From Gemmatimonadota bacterium (lineage in GTDB: Bacteria > Gemmatimonadota > Gemmatimonadetes > Palauibacterales > KS3-K002): a DNA stretch of 30,917 nucleotides. This document shows positions 27,156 through 30,917 of the stretch, piece after piece; the stretch's first letter is position 1, and each line of letters starts with the position of its first letter. The DNA lies in the NCBI GenBank assembly GCA_039586255.1, contig JBDHKT010000001.1, positions 1-30,917 on the forward strand, written 5' to 3'. The notes under the pieces were generated by a model. It saw nothing but the letters and a program-made list of their open reading frames with translations, ran no database searches and was not told the origin of the DNA. The position numbers were made by a program, and so were the translations under genes.

Positions 27156-30100
27156 CCTGTCTCTTGGAGTTCACGTTGCTCCTCGAGCATGCGTTCCAGC
27201 GCTTCCACGACGATCGGGGCTATGTCCTCCGTTCCGCCGACCCGGAAGACGAGTGATAGCGGCTGCAGCCTGCGGACATCCACCTCGACCTCGCGTCCGG
27301 CCATAGCGTCGCGAAGCGACGTCATGCGCGGAACGACGCCGCGCCGGAAGTTCACGCGGGCGGCTCCCGGCGTCGCGAGCACGCGCTCGATGCTCAGGCG
27401 GCCGCCCAGTATCCTGATCCGCGAGGCGGCCACGAGCCGCTGGGTCTCGGGCGGCAGCCGGCCGAAGCGGTCGCGGAGCTCGGACGTCAGGCGATCCAGC
27501 TCATCGAGGTCGGACAGCTTCGATAGCCGGCGGTATAGGTCTAGCTTCTGCCGCTCGTCTGGGATGAAGCTCTCGGGAATATAAGTGGCTCCGGAGATCG
27601 ACACCTCCGGTACCTTGGGACGGCCCTTCGCCGAGTCCTCCCCGCTCCGCAACGCCGCCACGGTGTCCTCCAGGAGGCGGAGATAGGTGTCGAATCCGAC
27701 CGCCTGCGCGAAACCCGACTGCTCGCTGCCCAGCAGGTTGCCGGCGCCCCGCAACTCGAGATCCTTGAGCGCCAGCCGGTAGCCGGCACCGAGCTCGGTA
27801 TGCTTTTCCAGCAGGTTCAGTCGGCGTTCGGTCTCGGTCGGCAGATTCGGCGGTACGATCAGATAGCAGAATGCACGTTGGTGCGATCGCCCGACGCGAC
27901 CGCGTAGCTGGTAAAGTTGCGCCAACCCGAAGTAATCGGCGCGGTGGACGATCATGGTGTTGGCGTTGGGGACATCGAGGCCATTCTCGATGATGGCGGT
28001 GGCGACCAACACCTGGATCTCACGGCGCACGAAATCGGTCATCACCTTCTCGAGCTTGCGTTCCGACATCTGGCCGTGTGCGACCTCGACCCGAAGGTCG
28101 GGCAGCAGGCGACGTACTCTGGCGGCGATCTCATCGATCGACTCGACCCGGTTGTGGACGAAAAAGACCTGGCCGCCGCGGTCGACCTCGAGCCGGATGG
28201 CGTCCTCGATCGTCTGATCATCCCAGGTGATCATGTGCGTGATGATCGGACGACGATTGCGGGGCGGTGTGCGAATCACGGCCAGGTCACGCAGTCCGCT
28301 GAGCGACAGGTGGAGCGTGCGCGGGATCGGCGTGGCCGTCATCGTCATGACGTGGACGTCCCGCTTGAGAGTCTTCAGCCGCTCCTTCTGGCTCACGCCG
28401 AACTGCTGTTCCTCGTCGATCACCAGCAGTCCCAGGTTCTTGAATTTGACGTCAGTAGAGATTAGCCGGTGCGTCCCGATGACGATATCGACGGTGCCTT
28501 CCGCCAAGCGGCGAACGACCTCCTTCTGCTCTTTGGCTGTCCGGAAACGCGACAGCGACTCGACCACGACCGGATAGTCGGCGAGCCGTGCTCGGAAGGT
28601 CTGCAGGTGCTGCTCGACGAGTACGGTCGTGGGTGCGAGCACCCCGACCTGCACACCGTCCTGGACGGCCTTGAAGGCGGCGCGGATGGCGATCTCCGTC
28701 TTACCGTAGCCGACGTCGCCACATATCAGCAGGTCCATCGGGCGCGACTGCTGCATGGCGCGCTTGACCTGCTCGGCGACGCGCTCCTGGTCCTCCGTCT
28801 CATCGTAGATGAAGGCCGACTCCATCTCGCGCTGCCAGCGGGTGTCGGAGCTGAAGGCGTGAGCCTCAGCGATACGGCGCGCGGCGTAGAGTTCCAGGAG
28901 TTCGGCGGCCATAGTCTGGATCGCGTCGTGAGCCCGCTGCTTGAGTTTTTGCCAACTCCTGCTACCAAGACGATGAAGCTTCGGGGCCGCCGCGCCGTCA
29001 TCCCCGTCATCGGAGATCCACCGTTCGACCAACTCGGCTCGGTAGTGGGGCACGCGCAGGATGTCGCCGCCGGCGTACTCGACGACCAGCGTCTCCAGTT
29101 CTTCACCGCCGATCTTCACTCGCTCGAGCCCGCGGTAGCGCCCGATCCCGTGGTCGAGGTGCACGACATAGTCGCCGGGTGACAGGGCGGAGAGCGTGTC
29201 GAGGGCGACGCGGCTGACCGCCTGCGGTCGCCGGCGCGAGCGGCGTTGCCGCCGGAAGATCTCGTGGTCGGTGAACAACCACAGCGGCGGCTCGGCACTC
29301 GCGATGACGAAGCCGGCTGCCGGCGGCCCGAGGCCGAGGGTGATTTTGCGAAGCGTCGCCGCACCCGCCGTGTCCTCGAGGATCTCCTCCAGCCGCTCGA
29401 GCTGCCCCTCGTTGTCGCAGAGGATCAGCACTCGGGCGTCTGCCTCTAGGGCTTCTCGCAAAGAGGCGACCAGCCGATCGATGTGACGATCGATGGGCGG
29501 CGCTGCGTGGATCCCGAAGTCGAGATCGGCTCCGTCCGGCGATTCTACGACTCGCAGCTGTCCGAAGCGGCGGAACCGCGAGCGCACGGACTCCGGCGGA
29601 TCCTGATAGCGCTCGGGCCTCTCGCTACGGCGCCGCAACTCGTCCCAGCTCTTCTGCCGTTCGCCCTCCTCGGCTCGCGTGTCGAGCCGCAGGATCGAGG
29701 TCGACTCGGGAAGTAGCTGCAGCAGACTGCCGGTGGCTGCGGTGACGCTCTCGTCTTCCAGTTGGGCGTCGTCACGGACCGGGAACCTGACGGGCAGCAG
29801 CCGGACCGATGCGAGGTTCGTGATCGACCGCTGGTCGAGGATATCGAAAGAGCGTATCGACTCTATCGCGTCGCCCCAGAACTCGAGCCGGATGGGATCG
29901 AGCGTCGTGATCGGGTAGACGTCGACGATACCGCCACGGACCGAGTATTCGCCCACGGCTTCCACCATGGGGACCTTTCGGTATCCGGCTTTCTCGAGGT
30001 CCCTGATCAGCGAGTCGCGATCGATTTCCTGCTCTTCCTGCAGCTGAAGCTCGAGATCGCTCCAGCTTGCGGGGACGACGAACCGTTCGGCGAGCGCCCT

Positions 30101-30460
30101 GGCGGTCGTCACCATTATGTGGGCACGGCCTGTGATAACGGCCTGCAGTGAGTCCACTCGCCGGGCGGAGATTTCGATGTGGGGGTCGCTGAGATCGGGG
30201 TGAACCGACTCGCGCTGCGGGAATACACGGGCCAGGCCTGGAGTCAGAGCCTCGAGATCTGTCTCGATCTCCTCCGCGACCGACGCCGTGGGCGCCACCA
30301 GGAGAACCCCACGCGCCGCGCCCGACTCGATCAGGGCCGCGGCGAGGACCGCGGGTGCGGAACCGCCGAGCCCGGCTAGAGCACGCTCCTCGCCCGGGGC
30401 CGGCATCCGGTCGGTGAGCCGGTCGAATTCCGGCGTGCTGCGGAGGCTATCTATGATCAC
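27152..30460 (-). CDS. mfd: Transcription-repair coupling factor
   Basis: UvrB-homology N-terminus (RGGIVDVYP), RID/CarD domain (DYVVHLDHGIG), GDVGYGKTE, TATPIPRTL, QLRGRVGR, TRG motif DLELRGAGNLLG, TRCF C-domain. Confidence 0.98.
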   Translation of the reverse strand: MIIDSLRSTPEFDRLTDRMPAPGEERALAGLGGSAPAVLAAALIESGAARGVLLVAPTASVAEEIETDLEALTPGLARVFPQRESVHPDLSDPHIEISARRVDSLQAVITGRAHIMVTTARALAERFVVPASWSDLELQLQEEQEIDRDSLIRDLEKAGYRKVPMVEAVGEYSVRGGIVDVYPITTLDPIRLEFWGDAIESIRSFDILDQRSITNLASVRLLPVRFPVRDDAQLEDESVTAATGSLLQLLPESTSILRLDTRAEEGERQKSWDELRRRSERPERYQDPPESVRSRFRRFGQLRVVESPDGADLDFGIHAAPPIDRHIDRLVASLREALEADARVLILCDNEGQLERLEEILEDTAGAATLRKITLGLGPPAAGFVIASAEPPLWLFTDHEIFRRQRRSRRRPQAVSRVALDTLSALSPGDYVVHLDHGIGRYRGLERVKIGGEELETLVVEYAGGDILRVPHYRAELVERWISDDGDDGAAAPKLHRLGSRSWQKLKQRAHDAIQTMAAELLELYAARRIAEAHAFSSDTRWQREMESAFIYDETEDQERVAEQVKRAMQQSRPMDLLICGDVGYGKTEIAIRAAFKAVQDGVQVGVLAPTTVLVEQHLQTFRARLADYPVVVESLSRFRTAKEQKEVVRRLAEGTVDIVIGTHRLISTDVKFKNLGLLVIDEEQQFGVSQKERLKTLKRDVHVMTMTATPIPRTLHLSLSGLRDLAVIRTPPRNRRPIITHMITWDDQTIEDAIRLEVDRGGQVFFVHNRVESIDEIAARVRRLLPDLRVEVAHGQMSERKLEKVMTDFVRREIQVLVATAIIENGLDVPNANTMIVHRADYFGLAQLYQLRGRVGRSHQRAFCYLIVPPNLPTETERRLNLLEKHTELGAGYRLALKDLELRGAGNLLGSEQSGFAQAVGFDTYLRLLEDTVAALRSGEDSAKGRPKVPEVSISGATYIPESFIPDERQKLDLYRRLSKLSDLDELDRLTSELRDRFGRLPPETQRLVAASRIRILGGRLSIERVLATPGAARVNFRRGVVPRMTSLRDAMAGREVEVDVRRLQPLSLVFRVGGTEDIAPIVVEALERMLEEQRELQETG

Positions 30461-30484
30461 GGATGCTTAAGCTGCCTTCGGAGT

Positions 30485-30917
30485 TTACCAGTTCACCCGC
30501 CAGGCCGACCCGACCCGCCTCGGTGCGGCGCGGCGACCGGCGGCCGCCAGAGCCGCCTCAACAATAGAAATGAGTATCAGGAGCACAACAAGGGGCCGCC
30601 AGGCGAGTTTGCCGCGGCGCGCCTTGTAGATGCTGTCTCTCCAGTCGGCCACGTCCATTCCCCTAATCCATGACCAGTTCGCAGCGGGCAGGAGCGCCTG
30701 CAGCTGTTCTTCGCGCCCGGCGGCCAGGTCCGCTTCTCGGAGTGGCGCGTTGACCGAGAGCGCCAGGACGGTACGCTCACCGTCGAAGACCGCGTAATTC
30801 CCCGGCCCTCTGGCGCTGAAGGGCGCTCCACCCTCCACCGGCACCTCGGAGCCGTCGGGGAGCAGGACCGTTCGGGCGCGATCGGGTAGCCGAAGGGTAG
30901 CGCCGCCTTCGAGAACC
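30485..30917 (-). CDS. C-terminal part of a BatA/VWA-associated membrane protein, 5'-truncated by the window edge
   Basis: Frame is open to the window end. PG.Y.V....LSVN.P..E.DL followed by a C-terminal TM W(R)PL..LL...VEAAL is typical of BatA-type proteins. Confidence 0.55.
   Translation of the reverse strand, partial: VLEGGATLRLPDRARTVLLPDGSEVPVEGGAPFSARGPGNYAVFDGERTVLALSVNAPLREADLAAGREEQLQALLPAANWSWIRGMDVADWRDSIYKARRGKLAWRPLVVLLILISIVEAALAAAGRRAAPRRVGSAWRVNW

Noticed and set aside
28398-28418. Mfd motif II reads DEEQQFG rather than the usual DEE(Q/H)RFG
   Set aside because: A single-codon difference with all other helicase motifs intact; it cannot be told apart from lineage variation or a sequencing error without an alignment.

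Overview
This is a GC-rich (high-60s % by eye) bacterial chromosome segment. It most likely comes from an uncultured Gemmatimonadota; that is an inference from gene style, chiefly the Hanks-type kinase, the CesT-PspA pair, the TM-anchored SLT protein and the mfd-PPIase-pdxA-ftsEX order. Most of it is housekeeping. The + strand carries a lipid kinase (partial), uvrA, a CDP-alcohol phosphotransferase, an accessory block (DUF4198-like, DinB, Ser/Thr kinase fusion, small membrane proteins), a non-canonical phage-shock module (TM/coiled-coil protein, CesT/YbjN chaperone, pspA, AI-2E transporter, acpS), guaB, a stand-alone LeuA-regulatory-like domain and an MltD-like lytic transglycosylase. The - strand carries a pteridine-reductase-like SDR, an SLT transglycosylase and a long tightly coupled operon (BatA-like partial, mfd, two PPIases, pdxA, ftsE, ftsX, envC, holB, moaC). 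I saw no rRNA, tRNA, CRISPR array, transposase or prophage. The most unusual signals are: (i) a Psp module without recognisable PspF/B/C, with a candidate leaderless ECF-sigma promoter and a CTG-started transporter; (ii) a ~110 bp 'ghost gene' that keeps only the first and last codons of what looks like a class-V aminotransferase; (iii) an inverted octamer-repeat element filling the whole gap between two convergent lytic transglycosylases; (iv) a kinase fused to a helical domain plus TM hairpin. All family calls come from motif recognition, with no database searches.
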